A stretch of 64,000 nucleotides of DNA from Chiloscyllium plagiosum (lineage: Eukaryota). Below are positions 13,051-23,931 of the stretch, piece after piece. The translations under genes and the position numbers were made by a program. The stretch is from positions 61,749,956 to 61,813,955 of the forward strand of contig NC_057728.1 of assembly GCF_004010195.1 (NCBI RefSeq). Direction: 5' to 3'. The stretch's first letter is position 1, and every line of letters begins with the position of its first letter. The notes beneath the pieces are model-generated. The model had not been told where the DNA came from, searched no databases, and worked only from the letters and a program-made list of their open reading frames with translations.

Positions 13051-14924
13051 CCAGAGGTGAACAGAATAGATGCATTTTAGGAGAAGATAGAGTAGGACAC
13101 GAGAAAGAAGGTAATCAAAGGCTGTGAAATTGGGATAATGAATTAGAATAAAAGACTAGGTACTGTATATGCTGGAAATCTGAAATAAACATAGAATGAT
13201 GGGGAAATTCAGCAGTTCTGGCAGCACCTGTAGAGTGAAAAAAAGAGATTTCTATTTGTTTTAAATAGAGTTGTAGTTAGAAGGCAGCTCATGTCAAGCA
13301 TAAACAGAGGCACTGGCTAATGTGACCAAATGACTTAGTAGGTGGGATATAGGAAATTGGAAAACCAGGATGGCACAAAGAACACAAATGAGACTCATTT
13401 ATAGACTAACATAGCTAAAAGCCTTTTTCAATATTACAATGTCTGTGATTCTATGCAACTGTTACAAATAAATTTAATCTGTTTTAAAGACAACTTGGGG
13501 TTCTTCTGTCACAGCGATCATGTCCCCATCTCTGGGGCAGAGGATCAAGGTTCAGGTCCCACAGAACATCTGAACAGACTGACTTGAAAAAATAATGAAA
13601 AGCAACTTACCAATCCAAACATGACTTGCTGCATTTGCCTGTAGCCCTTGCTCTCGGTCTGCGTGATCAACTAACGTAAATAGGCTATTACTGCCTAAGC
13701 TCCTCCTTAGTGGATGCTAACGAGAATTCAATAATGCATACTCTACTGGCTTGTTTCCCTGTTTTGACTGTCACCTATCTCACATTTCAAAACACTCTCC
13801 CTTAACAAGGGCATTCATCATTGATTTTGCATACACCATACACCCATGGGCTTCTCCTGTCCACTAGCCCCTTTTATTTCCTCTCAACAGGTCACGCCTC
13901 TCCCTACACATTAGCTGCCTTCCACCTGTCCTTCCAGCCTATATTCACCAATCTCACTGCCTTCACCAATCCAAATTATCCCTCATTCCTGTTACATCTG
14001 CCTGACCTGAAAAGTGCTGTTCATCTCAACTCTCCATGGGAGGTGAATAATAATTAACATTAGAGTCACAAGGGCCCAACTGCAATCATACAACAGCTCT
14101 AAATTCTGCAGTCCTCAAGTTCTGCCACTAGATAGTGCTGGGATTGACAGTTTATAGAATTATCAGGCAAAATATAGTATTATAAGTCCTGAAGGTAGCT
14201 GTGTATCACAACCTGATATTTTGGCTAAGAAATGCTATTTCTCCTTAAAAGAACATATCTTTTAGTTTTAAATAACAATAAAGCATATTATTCACCAAAT
14301 CTTCACATTGTGGTCAAGGCTGGTAATGAGATACCACTTTCTATAGTTGTCAAGGGATTGGAATTGAACACTTTGGTGACCCAATGGAAATGATTTCAAT
14401 TATTATACTACATACTGTGATTGCATTCAATTGTGAGATTTAGCACATCACAAATGCAGGTTCAATTTATTTTCAAGTCCATTAACACACACTTGTACAA
14501 ATACAATTCAATTTTTAAAATAATTTAGTCAAATCGCATTTGGATCACTATGTCTAAACATTTAATGGTTTATTTCCCATCTGAGATAGCAAACAGTTGC
14601 AATTCTTCATTTAACTCAAATAAAGAGACAAATTTTGCAATTCATTAGCTTTTTCTACTGCTTAAGTTAATATATTTTGGGTAAGAGTTCCCAAGTACCT
14701 AAAATTTAAATATTTATATGAAGAGATTGAACCAATAAACCACATATTATTAAAATAATATTTCTTGGGGTACTAAGGGGATTTTTGGGTAGCTGGAAGC
14801 TAGCTTCTACTGATCATTGGCCTGCAGCATTCAACAGCTCATAATTGAGCACTAATTTTGAGATATCACTCAAAAGGCTACTGGATGATTCATGTTCATT
14901 GCTTTAAAACTGTCACACTGAAGT

Positions 14925-15722
14925 GAATTTTGAGAAGATTTGTAGTTCAGATTGAGGTTTTGGATGTAGGTTTGCTCGCTGAACTGGAAGGTTGATTTCC
15001 AGATGTTTTGTCACCATTCTGGGAACATCTTTAGTGGGCCTCAGGCAAAGCATTGCTGAAAGTTCCTGCTTTCTATTTATATGTTTGGTTTTCTTTGGGC
15101 TGGTGATGTCATTTCCTGTGATGATGTTATTTCCTGTGGTGAAGTCACTCCCTGTTCCTTTTCTCAAGGGGTGGTAGATGGCGTCTAACTCGATGTGTTT
15201 GTTGTTAAGAGTTCCGGTTGGAATGCCATGCTTCTAGGAATTCTCGTGTGTTGTTGTTGTTTGGCTTGTCCTAGGATGGATGTGTTGTCCTCGTCAGAGT
15301 GGTGTCCTTCCTCATCCGTATGTAAGGATACTAGTGAGAAAGGATCATGTTTGTTGCTAGTAGGTGTTCATGTATCCCGGTGGCTAGTTTTCTACCTATT
15401 TGTCACAGTCCTTGCATGGTATTTTGTAAATGACAATAGTTTTGCTTGTTGTCTGTGTAGGGTCTTTCAAGTTCACTAGCTGCTGTTTTAGTGTGGGCTG
15501 CCATGATGTCAAGAAGTCTGACTAGTCTGGCAGTCATTTCAGAGATGTCTTGGATGTAAGGAGAGTGACTAGGGTTTCTGGACGTGTTTTGTCTGCTTGC
15601 TATTTCAACGAGCCAACACAGTGCAGCACAGAGGAAAATCACCTACACCGTGTATTCAAAAAGAGTGGGTACCCAATGAACACAGCCCGCCGATTTCTCA
15701 GCAACAAACCCAAACAAGCAAA
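14925..15722 (-). mobile_element. Penelope-like element fragment (pLTR and GIY-YIG on minus; inverted RT-thumb piece on + at 15601-15722)
   Basis: Same pLTR family as 46881 and 59808. Minus strand PYIQDISEMTARL; plus strand EENHLHRVFKKSGYPMNTARRFL. Degenerate hammerhead at ~14998-15037. Confidence 0.8.
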
Positions 15723-16075
15723 AGTCAGTGTTGAAATAGAAGGTAGTGTTGAGTTGGTCACCGGAGATAGAGACAGACAGATCCAGGAAGGGGAGAGAGA
15801 TATCCGAGATGAGCCAAGTGAACTTAGGTGAAGTTGATAAACTGTTCAACCTTTTCACAGGAGCATGGGGTGGCTCCAATACAGTCATCGATGTAGAGCA
15901 GGAAAAGGTGGGGGATGGTGTCGTTGCAACTGCGGAAGATGGACTGTTCCACCTATCCTACAAGGTGGCAGGCATAGCTGGGGCCCATGCGGGTGCTGAT
16001 GGCTACCCCTTTGGCCTGAAGGAAGTGCCAGGATTCCAAAGAGAAGTGATTGAGGGTGAGGACAGTTCTGCCTCA
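15723..16075 (-). mobile_element. Penelope-type reverse transcriptase fragment (second PLE family)
   Basis: Minus strand gives GVAISTRMGPSYAC...PHLFLLYIDDCIG...FTWLISDISLPFLDLSVSI, which is the PLE RT motif B, YIDD and LPFLD. Confidence 0.8.
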
Positions 16076-16099
16076 GGGGCAGGGGCAACAAATCAGAGA

Positions 16100-16490
16100 C
16101 AACAACTCTCGTTTGCTCTCACTCTAAGCTTCCAACCTAGCTCCCTGATTTTCTGCCTTAGATCCCCACCTTTCCTCCTACCCATGTCGTTGGTGCCTTT
16201 ATGGACCATGACTTGGAGCTGCTCCCCCTCCCGAAAACACGATCAGAGGCCCCAGTGGCACCTGGGAGGCAACAAACCAATTGGGAGTCTCTCTCGTTCC
16301 CACAAAACTTCCTATCTGTCCCCCTAACTATAGAGTCTCCAATGACTAAAGCTCTGCTCCTCTTCCCCCTTTTCCCCCAAGCAGCAGGGACAAACTCTGC
16401 ACCCGAGACATGTGCCCCATTGCTTACCCCAGTAGGCTGTACCCCCCAACAGTATCCAAAACAGTATACTTGTTGTTATGGGGAACCATC
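16100..16490 (-). mobile_element. CR1 ORF1 (esterase region) remnant
   Basis: Minus-strand remnants resembling the GDS / CLPGA / VVHxGTND blocks of SGNH-type CR1 ORF1. Confidence 0.6.
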
Positions 16491-17357
16491 GTCCCATTCC
16501 CCCCCTCAGTCGAAGCAAAATGCTGAGACAGTATAATTTAACCTCCATCTTTATTACGGGCCCTAGAGGGAGACAGAATGATCGTCCATGTGCACAGGTA
16601 CATGAGTTCTCTGTCTTCTCTGGAATAGCAGTTTCTTAATGAATTATATAGTAATTTTACAGGGATAATCATCCAGATAAGGCAACATGCATATTGAGCA
16701 TCAGCAGTAAAGACTAAGCCATCTGCTGTTCCATAATGAATGTTCTTAACCTTAACTGGCTTCACATAATAAATACCCTTCGCCTTGTTAACTAACTTTA
16801 CATACTGAATGCTTCCAATATTGTTAAATAGTTGAACGTAATGACTGATTTTCCACCTTGTTAATCCATTATCTTTGCCTCTAGCACCCCATTGGTAACT
16901 AAGTTCTTATTTCTCATCTTTCACAAAACTCTCATACCTCTTCTTTCACAAAACTCAGAACTTAAGTTAAGTTAACTCTTTCCCTGCCTGCTTATACCCT
17001 GTATACATTCTCATTCCTCCTTTTATCATTTCATGATAGCCAATGGCATTACCAGCTTTCATGAAACTCTGACAGCCAGTATTTAAGCAAGTTATTGATG
17101 CACAACATGCAGTGATAACAAAAATTACTAGTCCGTTACAGTAAATAGAATTTGAAGAATCCTTTCATGTGGGGAAAAAAATTCAAAAGTTCTTAAATCA
17201 ACAGTCCTTAATGACCACTCCATTCCCTCCAGAGTGAAAATGAGCCAGTTTTCCAAAGTTTCCTTCAGTAAAGTCCAACCTGAAAACAAAATTCAGCCTG
17301 TCCTTGTGCATCACTCCACAGAGAAATCTGAAGTCTTGGATAATGGCAGTTAAATAC

Positions 17358-17673
17358 TTAACAAAACTGACGAGACAGCCATCCTTCCGGAGATGCTTCA
17401 GATGGAGGATACCAGTGCATCTGAGCGTGCGTGCAGCAGCTACAGCTGCAGGCTAGATGAACACATCATTCTTTGCTGCTTCTGCTCCCACTTTGCTGTT
17501 AAACGTAACAAAGACAACTGGCTGTTTGATGTTAGCTTGATCAGAGAACCTTCATTTTCCTTAAATGATCAAAAGACAAGGTAAACCTCATGTGGTTTAA
17601 TGTCCATAGGAAGGCCACTGACAAAAAGCGTACCGAACTCCTCTTCACTATTGTTAGTTTCTTTACTTTTCAT
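17358..17673 (-). pseudogene. RBPMS2: Processed retropseudogene of RBPMS2/RBPMS (RRM protein) with an internal deletion
   Basis: Minus strand reads [101 protein letters not shown]. It is colinear with the RBPMS family across several exon junctions without introns, and has stops and frameshifts. WYP, VTF..GAEAAKN and the poly-Ala favour RBPMS2. Confidence 0.9.
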
Positions 17674-18949
17674 GCTCGTGACTGAAGAGCTGATTGAATC
17701 AGTTGATCAGGTTGTGGAGGGGTGAGCGGTGGTCTGAAGGTATGCTTTACCTCTAGAAACTCTAGAGACGATGTTAGCTTCTGAAAGTAAGTGTCTCTGC
17801 ATTTCTTCTCTCATTCCTTCCTTGCCAAGGTGGTTATCAGTATGAAGGCAATCACACATTTAACTACACTAAATTGTGTCTACCCATTTCAACATTCTTA
17901 GGCATCTTGAAGTCTGTTACTCTGTTCACTATTAATGACATTATCAAGTTTTATACAATCTATAAACTTCTAAATTGTGCTACCTAAACAATTCAGTCAG
18001 TCAATTATAAACAACAATGGTTCTAAAATCAAACCCTTGGGGGACCCATTTTAGGATATTCAAAAATTATTTTTCTTTAACAAGTTAATACTTGGTTAAT
18101 GTCAAAGCTTTCCGGAAAAGTATTTCCAAAATCTAGAACAGCAAGAAAACAAAATGTTTCCTGTGCTTTAGCAATTGAAGAGGCAGTTTCAGTTCAGATT
18201 TAAGTCTCGAACATTAATGGGAAACAAATGCTGAATATTTTAAAATATGTTCTCCAAATGAAACTTCCCAAATAAAACACTAAGAATTACACTGGCAACT
18301 TTGGTAGAGATCAATATTGTTTGTATTTGCAATATGAAGGGGGCCAATGAAGTCTTAACAATAATTAACATAACTGAAACAGCTCATCCTCAAGTTCAAA
18401 TATTCTCTAAAATCTTAAAACATTAAACTTAAAACGCACTCTTCTTTTTGTGAACACTCTGCATTAAAAACACAAAGATATTTTAATACAATACTCTCAT
18501 CTGACTAAAGCATGACCACTGACCTAACTGTTTTTTTAAACAGGCATTGTTGGATTTGGAACAACTCAGGGGCTTAAGGTTCTCATTCAATTTGTTTTGA
18601 GGACATAATGTTGTACAATTTCAATGTACAACTACACAGTCCACAAAACACATTGAATTGAGATCCGGATTCAAATAAGGCAAAACACAGTTACTTAAAA
18701 GAATTTTCTGAACCAAGATTTTAACAAACCAGCATTCTTAAACATCAAATACTCTCAGCATGGCACAATTTACATTGAAACTTTTTTTCAACCCAAGTAT
18801 TAATACAACCTTAATTTCAACCCTTTTTCGGTTTTTTGGTATCCTCTCACGGAAATTACACTTGTAAAAAGAGAAAGCCCTCTCAGCGGACCACATGGCA
18901 CCACAATCCAAGCCACGCTCTTCCCCCAGAGCTTCAAAATTTCACCACC

Positions 18950-19295
18950 AGGGGACTTGAACCCCTTTCTCACTTTACTCCTCAAGGAGGCTCGAGCCTC
19001 AGCACAGCATGGAGGACTGGAACCTCAAATCAATCCACCCAGTAGACTCAAGCCTCAAATCACACCCACTCCAGGAGACCACCACAGGAGATCCCTGCAT
19101 TGCCTGCCAGTTCCCTTTTCTACCCCTGACGGTAACCCATCTACCTTCATGTGGCTGTGGAGTAACTACCTCCCTGTAACTCCTCTCAATAACCCCCTCC
19201 ACCTCCCGAATGGTCTGAAGTTCATCCAGCTCCAGTTCCCTAAGATGGTTCTCGAGAAGGTGGAGTTGGGTGCACTTAGCACAAATCAAGTCTTC
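18950..19295 (-). mobile_element. CR1 ORF1 N-terminal remnant (zinc finger/leucine zipper)
   Basis: ORF ICAKCTQLHLLENHLRELELDELQTIREVEGVIERSYREVVTP..RWVTVR. Confidence 0.75.
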
Positions 19296-19397
19296 TCCCC
19301 TTGCATGTGCCTAAATAAAATCTTTGTTTCTTTAACTCTCAGACTCCAGAGCGAACATTTTTCACAATACTGCCTCTTACTACTTCGCTTTTTTTTT

Positions 19398-19478
19398 TTA
19401 AGATTAGATTCCCTACAGTGTGGAAACAGGCCCTTCAGCCCAGCAAGTCCACACCGACCCTCCCAAGAGTAACCCACC
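19398..19478 (-). mobile_element. 3' tail fragment of HE1-type SINE
   Basis: ttagattagattccctacagtgtggaaacaggcccttcagccca, matching the tail of the 5128 copy. Confidence 0.8.
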
Positions 19479-21433
19479 AGGCCAATCTCACCAAGCCACA
19501 GCTAAAGTGTGTTTAGGGTATCTTTAAGCATTTTATGTCTAGAACTGTCCATCAGCTATTTATTGCTTAGGTCAGTCAGTTACCTTTAAACACTGCAGCC
19601 TTGAGAGCGGGGGAAAATTCCAGGAATTTGATCTGGCAAGACTGAAAGAGCAGATTGCTCTTGCTGCACGGTTTTAAGTTTTTTGAGCTCGTTGGAGCTA
19701 TTCCGTCATGATTCTTGTTTGTGTCTTTCAGATAGGACGACAGGTTTTGGGGAGTCAGTCTGTGAGTTACTTGCTGCAGGATTGCCAGCCTCTGACCTGC
19801 TTTTGTAGCCAGGATGGGTCTGGGTGGGATGCTCTTTGGAAGGTTGGTGGGACTTGTTGGGCCAAATGGCCTGCTTCCACACTGTGGGGATTCTACATAT
19901 GGCTAATCCATTTCAGTTTCTGGTCAATGGTAAGCCCTAGGATATTAATACTGCAGGATTCAGTGATGGCAATGCAATTAAAATGTCATGGGTAGATTGT
20001 TAAATCTTCTCTTTTGAGGGATGATCATTGTCTGGCACTTGTGGTGAGAATGTTACTTGCCACTTGTCAAACCTAGATCATCATCCAGATCTTGCTGCAT
20101 TTCAGCACGTCATCTGATAGAGTATAGGACACTGCCTTGAGGAAGTCCTGCTGTGATGCCCTGGGGCTGAGATAACTGACCGCCAACAGCCAGGCACGAT
20201 TCCAATCGGTGTTGAGTTCCCTCCTCCTCCTTCTGCCCCTGATTCCCATTGTCTCCAGATTTGCTCATGTTTCCTGATGCCAACCTTGGTCAAAATGTGG
20301 CTTTGATGTCAGGGACAGTTCCTTCCACCTCATCTCTAAAATTCAGCTCTTCTGTCATTTTTGAATCAAAGATGTAATCAAGTCAGGAATCAACTAGCTC
20401 TGGTGAAATCTGAAATTATATGTCAGTGACCAGGTATTGTTAAGCAAGTGATGCCTGATAGCACTGTTTATGACCCCTGCCATCACTTCATAGATGTTTG
20501 AGAGTGGACACATTGGGTGATAATCAGCCAGGTTGAATCTGTCCTACATGTGTATGCAGGACACACCTGTGCAATTTTCCACACGATTTGGTAGATGCCA
20601 GTGTTATCGCTGTACTGGAACATCTTGACTTGGTGTGACAAGCTCTGAAGATCAAGTCTTTAGTACTACAATGGAATGTCATCAGGGCTCATAGCCTTTC
20701 CAGTATCCTATGCTTTCAGCCATTTCTTGACCTCAAATGGAATGAAATGAATTGACTGATTGAAGACAGCTATGTCATGCCTGGCACATCTGGAGAACGA
20801 GGACAAAGCAGAGATGGATTATCCACTTGACATTTCTGACTAAGACTGTTGTTAATGGTTCAGCATTATCTTTTGCAATAACATGCTGGGTTCCTTCATT
20901 GAGAATGGGAATATTTGAGAAGCCCCCTCCTCCAATAAGTTGCTCAACTGTCCACCACTATTCATGACAGGAAAGTTTACATCTGATCCATGGTTGTGGA
21001 ACGGTTTTGTTCTATCACTCAATGTTACACTGTAGGTGCTCAAATAACCTTGTTTGTTGCTTCATCAGATTGACATCTCATTTTTAGGTAAGTTTGACAC
21101 TGTTCCTGGCATTTCCTTCTACACTTTTTGTTGACTCAGGGTTGTTCCCGGACGTGATAGGGATGACAGAGCAGGGGATTTGCTGGGCTAAGCGAATGCA
21201 AATTATGTTGGAATATAAAATTCTGCTGGCCTGCAGCACTTCCAAGCATGCCCAGTCTCGAGATGCTACATTTGTTCACAGGTTGTCTCATTTACACAAT
21301 GGAAGGCATCCCCATTGTAAAGACAGGACTTCGGCTTGACAAAGACTATATGGTTTTTGCAGGTTTTGCAAGGTTTACAGCTCAGGTTGAGGTTTAGGGT
21401 GTAGATTTGCTCGCTGAGCTGTAGGTTTGATAT

Positions 21434-21473
21434 CCAGACGTTTCATTACCTGGCTAGGTAACATCATCAGTGG
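21434..21473 (-). ncRNA. Minimal hammerhead ribozyme motif, sense to ARID2 pre-mRNA
   Basis: CCA-CUGAUGA-U-GUUACC-UAGCCA-GGUAAU-GAAAC-GUC-UGG. Core intact; helix I CCA/UGG. Confidence 0.82.
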
Positions 21474-22184
21474 CGACCTCCAAGTGAAGCGAAGCTGTTG
21501 TCTTCTGCTTTTTATTTATATCTTTCTCCTGGATGGGGTTCCTGGGGTTTGTGGTGTTGTCATTTCCTGTTCGTTTTCTGAGGGGTTGATAGATGGCATC
21601 TAGATTTATGTGTTTGGAGTGCCAGGACTCGAGGAATTCTCTAACCTAACCCAGAAATCCTAACCACCTTACCAATACATCAAAGAAGTTTCAGAAATGA
21701 CAGCCAGACTACTGAGACCCCTCGAAATCCTAGTAGCACACAAACCCAACACTCTCAAACAAAAACTAACAAACTTAAAAGACTCAGTCCAACCCATGGA
21801 CAAAACCAACGTAATCTACAAAATTCCATGCAAGGACTGCCACAAACACTACGTAGGATAAACAGGAAGAAAGTTAGCCACCAGGATACACGAACACCAG
21901 CTAGCCACAAAAAGACACTACCTTCTCTCCCTCATAGCCCTACACATGGATGAAAAAAAAACACCATTTCAACTGGGACAGGCTAAGCAAAGACATGCCA
22001 GAGAATTCCTCGAGGCGTGGCACTCCAACCACAACGCCATAAACAAACACAGATCTAGATGCCATCTATCAACCCCTCAGAAAACGTACAGGAAATGACA
22101 TCACCACAAACCCCAGGAACCCCATCCAGGAGAAAGATATAAATAAAAAGCAGGAGACAACAGCTTCGCTTCACTTGGAGGTCG

Positions 22185-22227
22185 CCACTGATGATGATGT
22201 TACCTAGCCAGGTAATGAAACGTCTGG
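22185..22227 (+). ncRNA. Hammerhead motif (mirror copy with an extra UGA)
   Basis: CCA-CUGAUGAUGA-U-GUUACC-UAGCCA-GGUAAU-GAAAC-GUC-UGG. Confidence 0.72.
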
Positions 22228-23844
22228 ATATCAAACCTACAGCCCAGCGAGCAAACCTACACTCTAGACTATATGGTGGTCACTCTTACCGATACTATTG
22301 TGTACAGATGCACATGCTGCAGGTAGATAGGTGAGGAAGAGATTAAATATGCATTTCCTTTCTTGCTGGTTCACCACAGACCTAGTCCTCAAGAACCCAA
22401 TCAACACAGTCAGCAGTGGTACACCGACCTACTCTTGGTGGTGAACATTGAAGTCCCCATCAAGAGTTCATTCCCTTATCACTCTGTGCTTCGTCCAAGT
22501 AGTTGTCAATATGGAGGAGCACTGATTCATCACCTGAGGTTTGGAGATGATGTGTGGTAATTAGGTTTCCTTGCCCATATGTAATCTGATGTCATGAGAA
22601 CTTCAGGAGGTCATAAATTTATAGCACTTTTTAGAATGATGCACAGTAATGCAAGACTCTGCAGTTAAGCACCAGTCACAGATAGGTGTAGTAGAATAGA
22701 ATTCAAGTCTTTGCCAGTTATTTGTAAAATAATATAAAGAAATCAGATCAATGTCTCACACTTTAATTAAATCTTTTAATTGAAAGGCGATCAAGAAAGA
22801 AATAATTTGCCAAACAGTAATCAAACATGTATACAACAGACAGCAAGCACATTTTTCCTGAGTTTACTTAAAGTTTCTTTTTCAGAAAACAAAGAACTTT
22901 TCAAAAGATTCTCAACTAGAACACCAAACTCTATAGTAGACCGATTTTGGTACGGAGCAAGCAACTTAAAAAGGTGAAGCATTCAAATCTCACAATGGCA
23001 AATAGTGAAGAAACATTTATTAAATTTAGAAACTGCGAAGTAACCACACACCACCAAATTAAAAAAAATTCAATGGGTGCATTAAAATCCTAGAGAAAAA
23101 GTAAACCATCATTTCGAGTTGGTTAGGCCACTTGTACACGTGATACTAACACAAGTTAAATCAGATGTCAGTGAAATTTGGCTTTATATTGTAAGTTTTT
23201 TTTCTATTTCTTTGCTGTGGTAGGCACTGAACATATTCACAAGAGACTGACAATGTACTTTTATCAAAAGAATATAAATGTTTATTATTAACACAAAACA
23301 AAAAATTATATCAGAAATAAAGATTCAACCCTTTTATACTCAACAACCTTATATTAAAATCTTCAATGATCATGCAGTCTTCACTCAAGTTCCTTGTTCA
23401 GTTTCCACAGCTGTAATTGTTTTTAATGGCAACTTTTTCAATTTTGCTATTTTCTTTAGTTAATGGGTCATCCTAAGAGCTTTAAACAGATAACACAGTT
23501 CACTTATTAATTAATATGAACTCCTTCAACTCAAGTTTTTTGCAGTCTTCTACTTTTAGAACTTTCTATTAAATAACTCCGGTTGCATTGCCCATTCCTA
23601 AGTATTTAGGATTCTGCTAAACTATCACCTCTGCTGTTAGAAACTTTTTCTCTGAATGAATCTGCACACTACTTGACTTCTTCTGGATTGTTCTGACTTG
23701 GTGTTCTATTCAACCCTTTGTTCGAAGGCATTTAACAATTCACCTCAAAAGGTTAAAGACTTAATTTAAATGGATGCAAACAAAACATACCTCCAGACAT
23801 CATAATACCACTGAAAGAACACATCTAAAATTAAACTGAAAAAC

Positions 23845-23931
23845 TATGTTCTTTCATTCTTAACACCCAAGTTTGATTTGTGATATACACACACAAAAAT
23901 CAAACTTGTGTGTTAAGAATGAAAGAACGTA
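23845..23931. repeat. Near-perfect ~35-bp inverted repeat (87-nt hairpin)
   Basis: tatgttctttcattcttaacacccaagtttgattt pairs with aaatcaaacttgtgtgttaagaatgaaagaacgta, with one mismatch and one G-T pair. Confidence 0.9.

Larger units (their letters stand above)
21355..22265. mobile_element. Penelope-like element with ~245-bp inverted arms and a GIY-YIG endonuclease remnant; 12-bp TSD
   Basis: TSD AGACTATATGGT at 21343-21354 and 22266-22277. Plus strand NVIYKIPCKDCHKHYVG*TGRKLATRIHEHQLATKRH...REFLEAWHS. ~21397-21642 is the reverse complement of ~22000-22265. Confidence 0.93.
19560..22610 (-). mobile_element. Decayed L2/CR1-group LINE interrupted by a SINE tail (~19815-19897) and a PLE (21355-22265)
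   Basis: Same family as 9425-10955 (DIKAxF..VxxQ; YTCRTDS..LLIT; GDFNVHHQE near 22440). Confidence 0.7.

Noticed and set aside
15746-16327. 193-aa + strand ORF, the longest in the track
   Set aside because: Antisense shadow of PLE RT and CR1 ORF1 remnants on the minus strand.
18957-19472. 171-aa + strand ORF
   Set aside because: Antisense to CR1 ORF1 and runs into a SINE tail.
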